NCBI GenBank assembly: GCA_963790205.1
Contig: CAWBNQ010000005.1
Span: 64,001 to 128,000, forward strand
Direction: 5' to 3'
DNA: 64,000 bases
Origin: Nitrospirota bacterium
GTDB taxonomy: Bacteria; Nitrospirota; UBA9217
Part shown: positions 1-10,398 of the stretch, in pieces
How positions within the stretch are numbered: the stretch's first letter is position 1
Layout: every line of letters starts with the position of its first letter
The notes under the pieces: generated by a model
Told to the model about the DNA's origin: nothing
What the model saw: the letters and a program-made list of their open reading frames with translations, nothing else
The model's database searches: none
Made by a program: the position numbers and the translations under genes

Positions 1-78
1 GAAGGATTGAGGCGCATGAAAGATCATGATCCTTCATGCGCTCAATCAGGACAAATCAGCGGCAAGGAACTTGATTCT

Positions 79-615
79 TTAGTGCCCTGCTTTCGCGATC
101 GGCGGCGGAGCGATTTCCTTGTAATTTTTCACGCCCAGCGACTCCAGCCATCTTTGCATCGCCGGCGGGTTCGGAAGCCTGGCCGGGAGCTTTGCGTCCG
201 GGGCGCAGACGGTTAGTACTGTTTTTACGAGGTCCATGACGCTGAATTCCAGGACCGTCTGTATCGCCTTCGGGGAGGCCTTGTCGATCAGCATGTTCTC
301 CCGGTACCACCCCTCTGCCGTCCGCGGGGTAATAGGACCGCAATTCAGGTGGTCGGCATTTTTCGTCTTTATACCCGCCTTTAATGCATGATCGGAAACA
401 TCGGCCCGCAGGAGCTGAAGCCCCTTGAATGCAGGATTCGAACAGATGCCCGCTTTTCCCCAGCAGATGGGGTCGAAGCGGGAAATATTGATCCCGCTGC
501 AGAAGAGGTATGCTTGCGGCCCCTCTTCGGGCGCCTGTCGGATAATGATGTACAGGTAATCATTTTTATACTCATAGGATCGTACGGCTGGTCGATTATT
601 CAAGGGAATTCCCAT
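79..615 (-). CDS. hypothetical protein (178 aa)
   Basis: ATG ORF with GAAGG upstream, co-oriented with neighbours; no motif recognised. Confidence 0.6.
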   Translation of the reverse strand: MGIPLNNRPAVRSYEYKNDYLYIIIRQAPEEGPQAYLFCSGINISRFDPICWGKAGICSNPAFKGLQLLRADVSDHALKAGIKTKNADHLNCGPITPRTAEGWYRENMLIDKASPKAIQTVLEFSVMDLVKTVLTVCAPDAKLPARLPNPPAMQRWLESLGVKNYKEIAPPPIAKAGH

Positions 616-687
616 CCTTTTCCAGAAGGTTCGGTGACACGGCAGATGAGCAGGAAGGTTCCCGCTCCCGCCGTTGTCCGGACGGTA

Positions 688-1032
688 CTAGGTGCGTTTT
701 TTCTTTGATGTTTTTTTGGCCTTCGAAGCTTTCTTTGCCTTCGAAGCTTTCTTTTTCGCCGCGGGTTTGGCCTTTGCCCTGGCCTCGAGCTGCTGGACCT
801 TTTTCTTGAGGGCCTCGTTGTCCTGGTTCAGGTCCTTGACCATTTGCTCGAGCTTGGCATTGTCCTGCTTGACCATTTCGAGCTCCTGTTTCGCCGCGTT
901 CCGCTCGGACCGCGCCTTGTTCGCAGCCACGAAGCTCCAGATCAGGAGCACCGCAACCAGGACTGCGAGGGATAAAAAAATCAGTTTTGCTTTCTGTTTA
1001 TCTTCCTTTTCGTTCCGATCCGTTCTGTCCAT
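688..1032 (-). CDS. membrane-anchored coiled-coil protein with Lys/Ala-rich tail
   Basis: GGAGG RBS; N-terminal TM helix, coiled coil (ELEMVKQDNAKLEQMVKDL), KKASKA repeats. Confidence 0.8.
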   Translation of the reverse strand: MDRTDRNEKEDKQKAKLIFLSLAVLVAVLLIWSFVAANKARSERNAAKQELEMVKQDNAKLEQMVKDLNQDNEALKKKVQQLEARAKAKPAAKKKASKAKKASKAKKTSKKKRT

Positions 1033-1066
1033 CGTTTTTCTTACGACCTCCTTGGGAATAGGTATT

Positions 1067-1577
1067 TCAATGATATCGTTTCACTTCGAACCTGAAAAGC
1101 TTCACCGGCGTTCCCGGCGGTATGCCGGCTTTCTGCATGGCAATGCTGATCTGGAAATCCACGGTATCGACGCCCTCGAGGTCCGGCAGCAGCAGGCCCC
1201 GCCGCGCCCCGGACTGGACGATCACGCCGTATCGCCGGGGATCGAGCTCGCTTCGTTCCTTGACCGGCTCCGGGGGCGTGAGCACGTCGACGGTATATTC
1301 GATGACGTCCAGCTCTTCGGCGCGCACGCAGGTGAAGCGGGGGTCGCAGGTCGCCGCGCTGATGGCGTTGCGCACGGTCTCGTGCGCCATGTCGGGCTCC
1401 GCGGGCTGGAAGGTGCCGATGCACCCGCGGAGCATGCCGTCTATTTTGAGGCAGATAAAGACCCCCGCCCGTTCTCTGAATTCGGGGGGGAGTTCATCTT
1501 CCCGCACTTCGCGTATCTTGCCTTCCCGTGACGTAGAGTTCGACGGCTTCCTTTGCCAGCTGTACCAGGGGATGCAT
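1067..1577 (-). CDS. AMMECR1-domain protein (AmmeMemoRadiSam protein A), one frameshift near 1530
   Basis: GVFICLK..LRGCIGT, DPRF and [10 protein letters not shown] motifs; likely start [13 protein letters not shown] at 1577 overlaps upstream stop (TAATG) and joins after removing one base. Confidence 0.85.
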
Positions 1578-2563
1578 TACATCTCCCGCTGTACCACGTA
1601 ATCCGCAAGCGCCATGAGCGCCTGGCGCGGAGGAGAATCGGGAAAAATCGCAAGGCTTGCTTTCGCCTCGTCGGAAAAGGTTTGCGCGACCCGGAGCGCG
1701 TCATTGACGGTCCCGTACTTTTCCATCAATTCGAGCGTGTACAAGAGGTCGCTGTCAATGACGGCATCGGCCTGAAGGATGGTCCTGAGCCGGTCCTTCT
1801 CTTCCGGATTTGCTTTACGAATAAGGTAGATGAGCGGGAGCGTCACTTTGCCCTCGGCCAGGTCCTTGCCGAGCATCTTGCCGAGCTGCTTCTGGTCAGC
1901 CGCGTAATCGAGCGTGTCATCGGTGATCTGAAACGCGAAGCCCAGTTTTTTCCCGTAGGCCGTGAGCGCGTCCTCCTGGGAAAGCGGGGCCTTGCTGATG
2001 ATGGCGCCGAGCCTGCAGGATGCGGAGATAAGCACGCCGGTTTTGCACTCCACGAGCCGGTAGTAGTCGGCTTCGGTCATGTCGATGTTCTGGATCTGCA
2101 TGAGCTGAAGGACTTCTCCTTCGGACATGGTCGTGGTCGTTTCGGAGAGGACGTCCATGACGCGCTGGTTCTGGAGGCGGACGCCATGGTAGAGCGCTTT
2201 GGAGTAAAGGTAGTCGCCGACGAGGATGCTGGCCTGGTTGCCCCAGAGCGAGTTGGCCGACGATTTGCCGCGGCGGATATTCGCTTCGTCGATCACGTCG
2301 TCGTGCAGGAGCGAGGCCGTGTGGATGAATTCCACGACGCCTCCCAGCGTATATTCGGCGCTGTGGTCGCGGCATCCGCACAGCCGCGCCGAGAGGAGGT
2401 GAAGGAGGGGACGGAACCGCTTGCCGCCCGCGCCGAGGATATATTTGCTGACCTGCTGAATGAGCGGAACGTCGGTGCCGAGGCTTTCATGGATACGGTG
2501 CTCCATCCGTTCCATGTCGGACTTGAATTCTTTGAGGACGTCTTGGAGGGTGGTTATCATCAC
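1577..2563 (-). CDS. ispB: polyprenyl (octaprenyl) diphosphate synthase
   Basis: GGKRFRP, LLHDDVID..RRG and FQITDD aspartate-rich motifs. Confidence 0.9.
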   Translation of the reverse strand: MMITTLQDVLKEFKSDMERMEHRIHESLGTDVPLIQQVSKYILGAGGKRFRPLLHLLSARLCGCRDHSAEYTLGGVVEFIHTASLLHDDVIDEANIRRGKSSANSLWGNQASILVGDYLYSKALYHGVRLQNQRVMDVLSETTTTMSEGEVLQLMQIQNIDMTEADYYRLVECKTGVLISASCRLGAIISKAPLSQEDALTAYGKKLGFAFQITDDTLDYAADQKQLGKMLGKDLAEGKVTLPLIYLIRKANPEEKDRLRTILQADAVIDSDLLYTLELMEKYGTVNDALRVAQTFSDEAKASLAIFPDSPPRQALMALADYVVQREM

Positions 2564-2586
2564 GATATTCTCGGGGTGCTAGAGAA

Positions 2587-2615
2587 ATAATAGGGGAGAC
2601 GTTGCGTGTTGTCAA
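2587..2615 (-). promoter_or_regulatory. sigma70-type promoter of ispB
   Basis: TTGACA-N17-TATTAT on the minus strand. Confidence 0.6.
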
Positions 2616-2761
2616 GGTTTTTCTGGACGGGACCGTGAAACCAGGGGTCCCGCTGCGGGAGCGCAAAAGATAACAAAAAGGAGGCGCTTCAAAACGCTAT
2701 GGTCTCGAAGATCCACCGCGTGCGAACGAAGTCGCCTTGTGGTTAAAAATTGTTTTGTAAA

Positions 2762-3751
2762 TTACAGTTTCATCGCCTCGTTTACTTCGGCGAGGGTCTT
2801 CGCTGCAATGCCGCGGGCCTTCTTCGAGCCCTCGGCGATGATCTCCGCGATCCGGTTGGGATGGGCGGCCAAGTTCCTTCCGTCGTCTCCTGCAGGGGCT
2901 TGAGATAGGCGAGCAAATGCTTTAACAGTTCCTTCTTATCATCAACGCACCCGATGCCCGCGCGGCGGCATTCCACGTTGACATGGTTGCACCATTCCTT
3001 GGGCGCGAAGATCCTGTCGAGCGTGAAGAGGGGACAGACGTCAGGATTGCCGGGGTCCTGCCGGCGCACGCGGGCGGGATCGGTGACCATCTGCATCACT
3101 TTTTTCACGAGCTCTTCAGGGCTGTCGGACAGGTAGAGGCAGTTGTTGTAGCTTTTGCTCATTTTGCGGCCGTCGGTCCCCGGGAGCTTGGGGTACTCGG
3201 TCATGAGCGGCTGGGGCTCGGGGAAGACCCCGCCGTAGAACTGGTTGAACCGGCGGCAGATCTCGCGCGTCAGCTCAAGGTGCGGGAGCTGGTCGGTGCC
3301 TACGGGCACGAAATGCGCCTTGTAGATCAGGATGTCCGCGGCCTGAAGCACGGGGTAGCCCAGGAACCCGTAGGTGTGCAGGTCCTTGTCCTGAGACCTG
3401 CTCCATCTTTTCCTTGTACGTGGGCACGCGCTCGAGCCAGGGGAGCGGCGTGGACATGGACAGGAGCACGTGGAGCACGGCATGCTCGGGCACGAGGGAC
3501 TGCTGGAAGAGCACGGACCTTTCGGGGTCGAGCCCTGCCGCGAGCCAGTCGATCACCATCTCTCTGACATAGGTCCGGATCTTTGACGTATCCGCATAAT
3601 TCGTCGTGAGCGCGTGCCAGTCGGCGATGAAGTAGAAACACTCGTACTGGTCCTGCAGCTTCCTCCAGTTGTCGAGGGCGCCCATGAGATTGCCGAGGTG
3701 CAGGAGGCCGCTCGGCTGCATGCCGCTTAAAACGCGTTTTTTTGTCATCAT
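2762..3751 (-). CDS. trpS: tryptophanyl-tRNA synthetase, apparent frameshifts near 3395 and 2870-2890
   Basis: SGMQPSG..HLGN (HIGH-like), GYPVLQAADIL, VPVGTDQ, KMSKS; split across frames. Confidence 0.92.
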
Positions 3752-3821
3752 TGGGTCCTTCGCGCCGCACGCTGAGCTGCCAGGGGGAAAAGTTTCCCGA
3801 AAAGCGCTGCGGCTAAAGATA

Positions 3822-4493
3822 TTACATAATATCCCCGCCCAGCAGCAGCGAGAGTATCGGCCGTATGATTGGGGTGATGATCGGGCCAAGAATGCCAAAA
3901 CCAAAGAGGGCAAGAATAATGAGCAGGCCATATCGCTCAAGTCGGTAATAGGCGGCTGCCGCTTTATCAGGCAGGAGCCAATACACGACCCTGCTCCCGT
4001 CAAGCGGAGGGATGGGGATCATGTTCAATATTGCCAATACAACGTTGATCATTACGCCGTACCCGAGCATGAGCGAGAAGGGAACGACAAACCACTCCCA
4101 GGCTTGTTTCGAGGCGAACCCTTCGATCGCCGGGATGACCATGCGGAGCAGGAACGCGAACGCGAGGGCCATGACAATGTTGACCCCCGGGCCCGCGAGC
4201 GATGAGATTGCCATGCCTTTCCTGGGATTTTTGAAATTATAGGGATTGATCGGCACCGGCTTTGCGTAGCCGAAAATGGGGCTGTGCAAAACGATACACA
4301 AGACAGGCAGGATGATCGTGCCGAAGAGGTCGATGTGCGAGACGGGGTTCAGCGTGAGCCTGCCCATGTCGCGCGCCGTGTGGTCGCCCAGCTTGTCGGC
4401 CACCCATCCGTGCGCGACCTCGTGGAGCACGATGGCGAAGATGAGCGGGACGGCTATAACGGCGATTTTTTGTATCGTGTTGAGTTCTTCCAT
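3822..4493 (-). CDS. site-2 protease family (M50) membrane zinc metalloprotease
   Basis: HEVAH, AGPGVN and NMIPIPPLDG motifs. Confidence 0.9.
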   Translation of the reverse strand: MEELNTIQKIAVIAVPLIFAIVLHEVAHGWVADKLGDHTARDMGRLTLNPVSHIDLFGTIILPVLCIVLHSPIFGYAKPVPINPYNFKNPRKGMAISSLAGPGVNIVMALAFAFLLRMVIPAIEGFASKQAWEWFVVPFSLMLGYGVMINVVLAILNMIPIPPLDGSRVVYWLLPDKAAAAYYRLERYGLLIILALFGFGILGPIITPIIRPILSLLLGGDIM

Positions 4494-4622
4494 TTTATCC
4501 CCGGCTGTAAGGCCGAACCGCCGGAACACAGCCGGTTTCCGCGGCCACAGTACTTGTAGTTGATGAAAAGCGATAGTAAGGGAAAATGCGGGACCTTGTC
4601 AAGAAAAATCAGGGAATAAGCG

Positions 4623-6549
4623 TTATTTTTCGCTGTTGAGGAGCGTGAATTTGCCGTCCTCCACTTTGATGAGGAAAAGTTTTTTCTGCGCTTCGCCGTT
4701 CCCCGCGAACGTGGTGGCGCCGGAGATGCCGGCGTAGTCCTTCAACGCGAGAAGGCCGTCGCGGATTGCCAAGGGCGTGTCCTTATGCTCTTTTAAAAGG
4801 GAGAAGACCATCATGGCGGCATCGTAAGCCTGGGCCGCGAGGATGTCCGGCTCTTCCTGGTAGGCCGAACGATAGGCGTCGACGACTGTTTTTGTCGCCG
4901 CGTCGATGCTCTCCGGATAGAACCCGTCAACGAAGACCGCCCCGTCGGCATAGCGGCCGGCGCGCTCGATCAGGTCTTGCGAATGCCAGTTGTCCGAGCC
5001 GAGCAGGGCCGTTCCGGTTATGTTGTAAAACGCCAGCTGCGGGATAAGCAGGCCGACCTCGTCCGCGTATCCGGGAAGATAGAGGGCGTCGAAGCTCGGC
5101 GTGTATTCGTCAAACAGCTTTTTCCGCTCGGCGTCATCGTCGGGGATCTGGATTTTCCGGGAGCGAAGGTCGATCTCGATGATCTTCTTGATATAGGGGC
5201 CGAAATCCCGGGTGTCGGGAGGGTAGGAAACGGTCGCGAGGATCTCGGCTTTCTGTTCCAGTTCCCGGGCGAACAGGCGCGACAGGTCCTTGCCGTAGGG
5301 CTCGTCAGGGTAAAAAATAACGAACTTCCTGAGCTTGAGATCGAGCGCGTACCGGGCTATTGCGCGAGCCTGGCTGTCGATGGTGAGCGCGTTCCTGAAT
5401 ATCCAGGCGCTCTTCACGGAAAATCCCGCGCGGGAAGCCGCAGGCCGGATCACCGGGACCTGGAGCTTTGTCCAACGACGGAATAATCGCTTCTTCTTCC
5501 TTCGTCGTGATCGGGCCGATGACGGCCACCACGCCTTTGGCCTTGAGCTCGCCCAAAGCGGCAACGGCTTTCTCCGGGGACCCCTCGGTGTCCTTCACGA
5601 CAAGCTCGACGCGGTTATCAGGCTCCTGGAGGTTGTACTCGTGCACCGCAAGCTGGATGCCCTTGAGGACCCGGTCGCCGAAGAAGGCGAGTTGGCCCGT
5701 CTGGGGCAGAAGCGCGCCGATCGTGTACCGCGGCGCGGTGAGCCCGGACGTGGCCTCGCTCAACAGCATCTCCCCCCGGGTCTTCTCGGGATGGGAGGGG
5801 AAACGCTTGAGAAATTCCGTGCTGATACTGACGGCGTCGCGGTATTGCCGCTGTTCGATCAGGAGCGCCGCGAGCCGGAGCAGGGCCTCGTCCGAGGGAA
5901 AAGCGGCGCCGGCGGAAAGCGTCCTGAGCTCGTCCTCGGTCAGATATTTATCCACAAGCTCGAGAACGCGATCGCGGTAGCCCGCCCGCTGTTTCTCGTT
6001 CTGCGCGTGCTCGGCAAGGTAAGCGTACTCCTTTACGGCGAGGGGGTAGTTCTTCCTGATCACATAGGCGACGGAGAGCATCTCCGCAATGCGTTGAAGC
6101 TTCACCGGATCGACGATCCTGCCGCGGTCCTCGAGATTCGCCACCGCGAGGTCGTATTCCTTGAGCTCGAAATAGCACAGTCCCAGCTTGTACTTGGCTT
6201 CCGGTATGAGCGATGAAGCGGGATATTTTTCGATGAGCTCCTTGTAGTAACTGAGCGCCTGGCCGTAGTCGCGCCTGGTCAGGCGTATCTCTCCCATGAG
6301 GGCGAGCGCCCTGTCCGCGTAACGGCTTTTCGGGTACCGGATCAGGAACGCCTCGTCTGTCTTGGCCGCCTGATCGTATTGCCTTTTGGAAAACAGCGTC
6401 TCCGCCTGTTCCACCTGGGCCCGGGCGTCCTTTTCCCATTCCGGTTCCGGCGGCAGCGCCGGGGCGCAGCCCATGGGCACGAGCGAGGCAGCAAAGGCAA
6501 GGACGAGCAGGAGGGAGATCAGGGCGGGTACGGTACGCCGGAACGGCAT
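4623..6549 (-). CDS. TPR lipoprotein with periplasmic-binding-protein domain (LpoA/LppC-like), frameshift near 5468
   Basis: lipobox-like PMGC, TPR helices, IGALLPQTG..GIQLA and AAQAYDA; two ORFs join after removing one A. Confidence 0.8.
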
Positions 6550-6552
6550 CTG

Positions 6553-6663
6553 CTATTTACCCTTCTTGGCGACGGCCTCGGCTATGGCGGTCTTGCGCTT
6601 TGCTTTTTGCCTCTCTTCTTTGCGTTTGCGCCTGCGGTTTATCTCTGTCTGTCTTTCACGCAC
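6553..6663 (-). CDS. small basic protein, 36 aa (not in ORF track)
   Basis: AAAGGAG RBS, GTG start, MRERQTEINRRRKRKEERQKAKRKTAIAEAVAKKGK; own promoter; stop 3 nt before the next gene. Confidence 0.7.
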   Translation of the reverse strand: MRERQTEINRRRKRKEERQKAKRKTAIAEAVAKKGK

Positions 6664-6708
6664 GGTATGCTTCTCCTTTCGAGGGGAATGCTGTCCTCAA
6701 GCCTGCAC

Positions 6709-6737
6709 ACTATATCCGAGATGGGTTCATTTGTCAA
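6709..6737 (-). promoter_or_regulatory. sigma70-type promoter
   Basis: TTGACA-N17-TATAGT on the minus strand. Confidence 0.65.
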
Positions 6738-6851
6738 TACGGAGAAACGGGGATGTTTCTTTCCTGGTGCCGAGACATGCTTCAATTTTTACGTTGCTGC
6801 GATTTTATGTTTGCATTTTTGCCGGTTTTAGTTTATTATCCGTAGAACTTT

Positions 6852-8330
6852 ATGACTATGATCATCTCTCGGCTTTCATATCGCACCGTTTTTATCATTC
6901 TCTTCTTAACAATCCTCACGTATGGCTGCGCCCATCACTCCGTACCTGTTACGGAGAGCGACGGCGACCCACAGTCCGGGGCTCACTCCGCGGTGAAGGA
7001 GGCTGGTACCGATGAAGGACCTGCGTCTTCTCTGCCGGGAGGCGCCGAAGCCGTTGATGCGTCGGCGGACCCTGTGCTCCCGTCTCAAACGGAAAAGAAC
7101 GCTTCAGGGGCGAAAAAAGACATTGCCGATGATGACCAGGCGCTCCTGGATACCGCCCTGGATCTTACCGAAACAGCCCAGGAGTATTGGAAAGACAACG
7201 ATATGGACCAGGCGATCGAGTCCCTGGACCAGGCCTATGCGCTTATCCTGAAGGTCCCGGGCAACAATCCGAAGCTTTCCCAGCAAAAGGATGACCTCCG
7301 CTTCATGATCTCCAAAAGGATCATGGAGCTGTACGCCTCCCGCCAAGTAGCCGTAAAAGGGAACCACAATGAGATCCCCAGGGTCGTGAACGACCATGTG
7401 CTGCGGGAGATACAGTCATTCCAGACCGTGGAACGGGATTTCTTTCTGGAGTCCTATAAACGCTCAGGCAGGTACCGTGACGAAATGGTCAAGGCCTTGA
7501 AGGAAGCCGGCCTTCCCGAGGAGCTTTCATGGCTGCCGCTCATCGAAAGCGGGTTCAAGATCAGGGCCCTTTCCCGGTCCCGTGCCTTCGGGCTTTGGCA
7601 GTTCATCCCTTCCACGGGCTACAAGTTCGGGCTTAAGAGAAATACCTGGATAGACGAACGGCTCGACCCGGAGAAATCCACAGCGGCCGCAATCGCCTAT
7701 TTTAAAGAACTTCACCAGATGTTCGGAGACTGGGCCACGGTCCTCGCGGCCTACAACTGCGGAGAAGGCTCCGTAGCGCGGGTAATCCGGGACTCGAAGG
7801 TGGATTACCTGGATAACTTCTGGGACTTCTACGAGCGGCTTCCCCGCGAAACCGCGCGCTACTTCCCGCGGTTCCTTGCCGTCCTGGCCATTCTGAAGGA
7901 CCCCGCTAAGTACGGGTTTACCCTGGACCAGCCCGACAAGCCCCTGTCCTACGAAACGTGCACCGTCGAAAGGCCGATCCATTTGAAGTCCGTTGCCGAA
8001 ACACTGGATGTCGATCCGGCCGACCTTTCCCAATTGAACCCCGAGTTGCGGCGTGAGGCCACGCCCGATGTTCCCTATGCTCTCAGAGTGCCGCCCGGGA
8101 AAAAGGAACTATTAATGGCCGAGCTGGATAAGCTGCCGAAGTGGACGCCGCCGAAGCTGGAGTACGTGCTCCACCGCGTTCGTCGCGGAGAGACGCTGTC
8201 GCTCATCGCGCTCCGGTACCGGACGAGCATCCGGAGGATCCTCGAAGCGAACAACATCCGCTCCACGAGGCTGCTCCGCGTGGGCCAGCGCCTGAAGATC
8301 CCGATGAGATATTCCTTAATAACATCGTAA
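6852..8330 (+). CDS. mltD: lytic murein transglycosylase with C-terminal LysM (MltD-like)
   Basis: LPLIESG, GLWQFIP and AAYNCGEG SLT motifs; HRVRRGETLSLIA LysM; lipobox TYGC. Confidence 0.88.
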   Translation: MTMIISRLSYRTVFIILFLTILTYGCAHHSVPVTESDGDPQSGAHSAVKEAGTDEGPASSLPGGAEAVDASADPVLPSQTEKNASGAKKDIADDDQALLDTALDLTETAQEYWKDNDMDQAIESLDQAYALILKVPGNNPKLSQQKDDLRFMISKRIMELYASRQVAVKGNHNEIPRVVNDHVLREIQSFQTVERDFFLESYKRSGRYRDEMVKALKEAGLPEELSWLPLIESGFKIRALSRSRAFGLWQFIPSTGYKFGLKRNTWIDERLDPEKSTAAAIAYFKELHQMFGDWATVLAAYNCGEGSVARVIRDSKVDYLDNFWDFYERLPRETARYFPRFLAVLAILKDPAKYGFTLDQPDKPLSYETCTVERPIHLKSVAETLDVDPADLSQLNPELRREATPDVPYALRVPPGKKELLMAELDKLPKWTPPKLEYVLHRVRRGETLSLIALRYRTSIRRILEANNIRSTRLLRVGQRLKIPMRYSLITS

Positions 8331-8363
8331 GGCAGGGGACGGTCGCCCTGCCTTTTTCTTTTT
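8331..8363 (+). terminator. intrinsic terminator
   Basis: GGCAGGG..CCCTGCC hairpin followed by a T-tract. Confidence 0.8.
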
Positions 8364-8382
8364 GAGGCAAAAGACTTTCTTT

Positions 8383-8478
8383 GCCACGGATGGACACTGA
8401 TGGACGCGGATGTCAACGTCTCAAATCTACAACGTGTCGCTTGATTTTTATCAGTGTAAATCCGTATGTATCCGTGGC
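8383..8478. repeat. periodic inverted-repeat element (10-nt units), no gene inside
   Basis: GCCACGGATGGACACTGATGGACGCGGAT ... ATCAGTGTAAATCCGTATGTATCCGTGGC. Confidence 0.75.
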
Positions 8479-8494
8479 CCAATGATTTTTGCGG

Positions 8495-8764
8495 TCATTT
8501 CCGCAGTGTCACGATCGTCGCGCCCCATCCGCCGGCCCCTTCCTCCGCAGTTCTGAAAGACTCAACATAAGGAAGCTTCTCAAGAACGGATTTTACGATG
8601 TCTCGGACCGTGCCGATGCCTTTCCCGTGGATGATGCGCACCTGAAGGATCCCGCGCTCGCGGCAGGCCAGGAGATACTCGGGCACGAGGTCTTTCACGT
8701 CTCCCGGCTGGAACGTGTGGAGGTCGAGGACCCCGTCGATGGGAAATTCTACAAACTCATCCAT
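8495..8764 (-). CDS. Smr (small MutS-related) domain protein
   Basis: [22 protein letters not shown]. Confidence 0.9.
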   Translation of the reverse strand: MDEFVEFPIDGVLDLHTFQPGDVKDLVPEYLLACRERGILQVRIIHGKGIGTVRDIVKSVLEKLPYVESFRTAEEGAGGWGATIVTLRK

Positions 8765-8806
8765 TCTTTAATCCCGATGGGCACGTCAATCGCCATGTTT
8801 CACATT

Positions 8807-10198
8807 TTAAAAATCCAGCGGGCTCTTCGCCTCTTTGATAGTCCTGCCCGGAATGCAGTGAGTATAGATCATCGTGGTCCGGATGTCCGCATGTCCCAAA
8901 AGCGTCTGGATCGTGCGGAGGTCATAGCCGGCCTGCAGGAGATGCGTGGCATAGGAATGACGGAAGATGTGCGATGTGACGCGCTTGGTGAGCCTCGCCT
9001 TCCTGACCGCTATGAACAGCGCCTCCTGGACGTCTTTCTCGTGTAGATGATATCGCCGGATTTCTTTCGTGTGCGCAAGGGTTGTTAATGTTTCCTGAGG
9101 AAAGAACCACTGCCAGATGAAATCTTTCGCGGCACTCTGATATTTCTTTTCGAGCGAGTCGTCAAGAAACGCGCCGGCATATCCCATGGCAAGGTCTTTA
9201 TCATGAATCGTTTCAACCGTTTTTATCTGCGCGAGCAATTCCGGCATGACCGCTTGGGGGAGGGGAACAGTCCTGCTCTTGCCGCCTTTTCCGCGAATTG
9301 TCAGGATCCCCGCGTCGAAGTTGAAATCCAGCACCCGCAGTTTGACGCCTTCGAAGAGCCGAAGCCCGCAGCCATAAAGCAATTTGACCACCAGTGAATA
9401 ATGATGCGGCAGGTGCATCAAGATCGCATCGATTTCCTTGCGGGAGAGAACGATGGGGATATAGCGCGACCGTTTTGCCCGCGGTATGTCCGTGTGATTG
9501 CCGAAGTCTTGTTTGAGGATATGCCGGTACAGGAACAGCAGGGAGTTGAACGCCAGATTCTGCGTTGACGAGGACACCTTGCATTGAACCGCAAGATAGG
9601 TGAGGTAATCCTTCACGTCCGTTGCCGACAATTCCTTGGGCGCTTTGTCTTTTAGATAGCTCTGGAATTTCCGGCTCCAGTTTGCATAGGCGATCAGTGT
9701 CTTCCGAGAATAGTGCCTCGCCTTGATCTCCCCCTCAAGTTTTTCGACGACCTTATCCCATTCCGGAGACTTCGATTTCTCGCGAAACCGCATCTCATCG
9801 TAGCGCCGACCTGATCGCGGAGGCGTTTTCTTTTGCGTTGCCAACGATTCGGAACTTGCGCTCTTTTCCGCCTTCAAGGGGGAGACAGTGAGGGGGGTGG
9901 GTTTCGACGGTGTCGCCGGCACTTCTCCCTTTGCCGGCTTCCCTGATTGCACCTCAAAAAAGAGCGACAACGCATGCGCGGCCTGATCAAGCTGATCTTG
10001 CGACTGGTTCTTGGACCGCAGCTTTTCGATAAACAGCCGCACCTGATCGGACTTTGAATCCGGCGGCGAATATTTGACGCGGAAATCGAGGTAATATCTG
10101 AGCCATTTTCGGTAGTGAGGACGGAGAGCGGGGGGAATTGGCTTTTGTTCCATGACGGCGTCGAAGGGTTTTAAAATTTCGTTTGGGATGGGGAGCAT
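8807..10198 (-). CDS. intI: integron integrase with N-terminal extension
   Basis: catalytic residues in YGCGLR, GKGGKSR, HIFRHSYATH, LLGH and TTMIYTH; IntI-specific insertion LEKKYQSAAKDFIWQWFFP..RRYHLHE. Confidence 0.95.
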   Translation of the reverse strand: MLPIPNEILKPFDAVMEQKPIPPALRPHYRKWLRYYLDFRVKYSPPDSKSDQVRLFIEKLRSKNQSQDQLDQAAHALSLFFEVQSGKPAKGEVPATPSKPTPLTVSPLKAEKSASSESLATQKKTPPRSGRRYDEMRFREKSKSPEWDKVVEKLEGEIKARHYSRKTLIAYANWSRKFQSYLKDKAPKELSATDVKDYLTYLAVQCKVSSSTQNLAFNSLLFLYRHILKQDFGNHTDIPRAKRSRYIPIVLSRKEIDAILMHLPHHYSLVVKLLYGCGLRLFEGVKLRVLDFNFDAGILTIRGKGGKSRTVPLPQAVMPELLAQIKTVETIHDKDLAMGYAGAFLDDSLEKKYQSAAKDFIWQWFFPQETLTTLAHTKEIRRYHLHEKDVQEALFIAVRKARLTKRVTSHIFRHSYATHLLQAGYDLRTIQTLLGHADIRTTMIYTHCIPGRTIKEAKSPLDF

Positions 10199-10268
10199 TG
10201 GGCCTCCAATCGCATCACAAAATTTTAAATCATCTAAACCGCAATAGCGGAATAGTTGATTTTTAAAA

Positions 10269-10296
10269 AGTATAACGTTTTTTTTGGATTAGTCAA
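10269..10296 (-). promoter_or_regulatory. Pint (integrase promoter)
   Basis: TTGACT-N16-TATACT on the minus strand; spacer contains a homopolymer run. Confidence 0.6.
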
Positions 10297-10316
10297 ATTA
10301 AAATTACCCTAACTCC

Positions 10317-10345
10317 TTGACTTTACAAGAAAGCAATGATACAGT
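10317..10345 (+). promoter_or_regulatory. Pc (cassette promoter)
   Basis: TTGACT-N17-TACAGT with extended TG, just upstream of attI. Confidence 0.65.
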
Positions 10346-10350
10346 CCCGT

Positions 10351-10371
10351 TCATATAAACATTGGTTATAC
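10351..10371 (+). other. attI recombination site
   Basis: TCATATAAACATTG-GTTATAC; core GTT at 10365 matches the inverse core (TAATAAC) of the first attC. Confidence 0.65.
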
Positions 10372-10398
10372 ATACTCCATTTAGGCTAAGAGGATTCT

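Noticed and set aside
2762..3751. trpS as a pseudogene
   Set aside because: All catalytic motifs are intact and the breaks are single extra bases, so sequencing error is more likely.
6553..6663. Small basic ORF as ribosomal protein bS21
   Set aside because: Too short and lacks the bS21 ALRRFK and YEKPS motifs.
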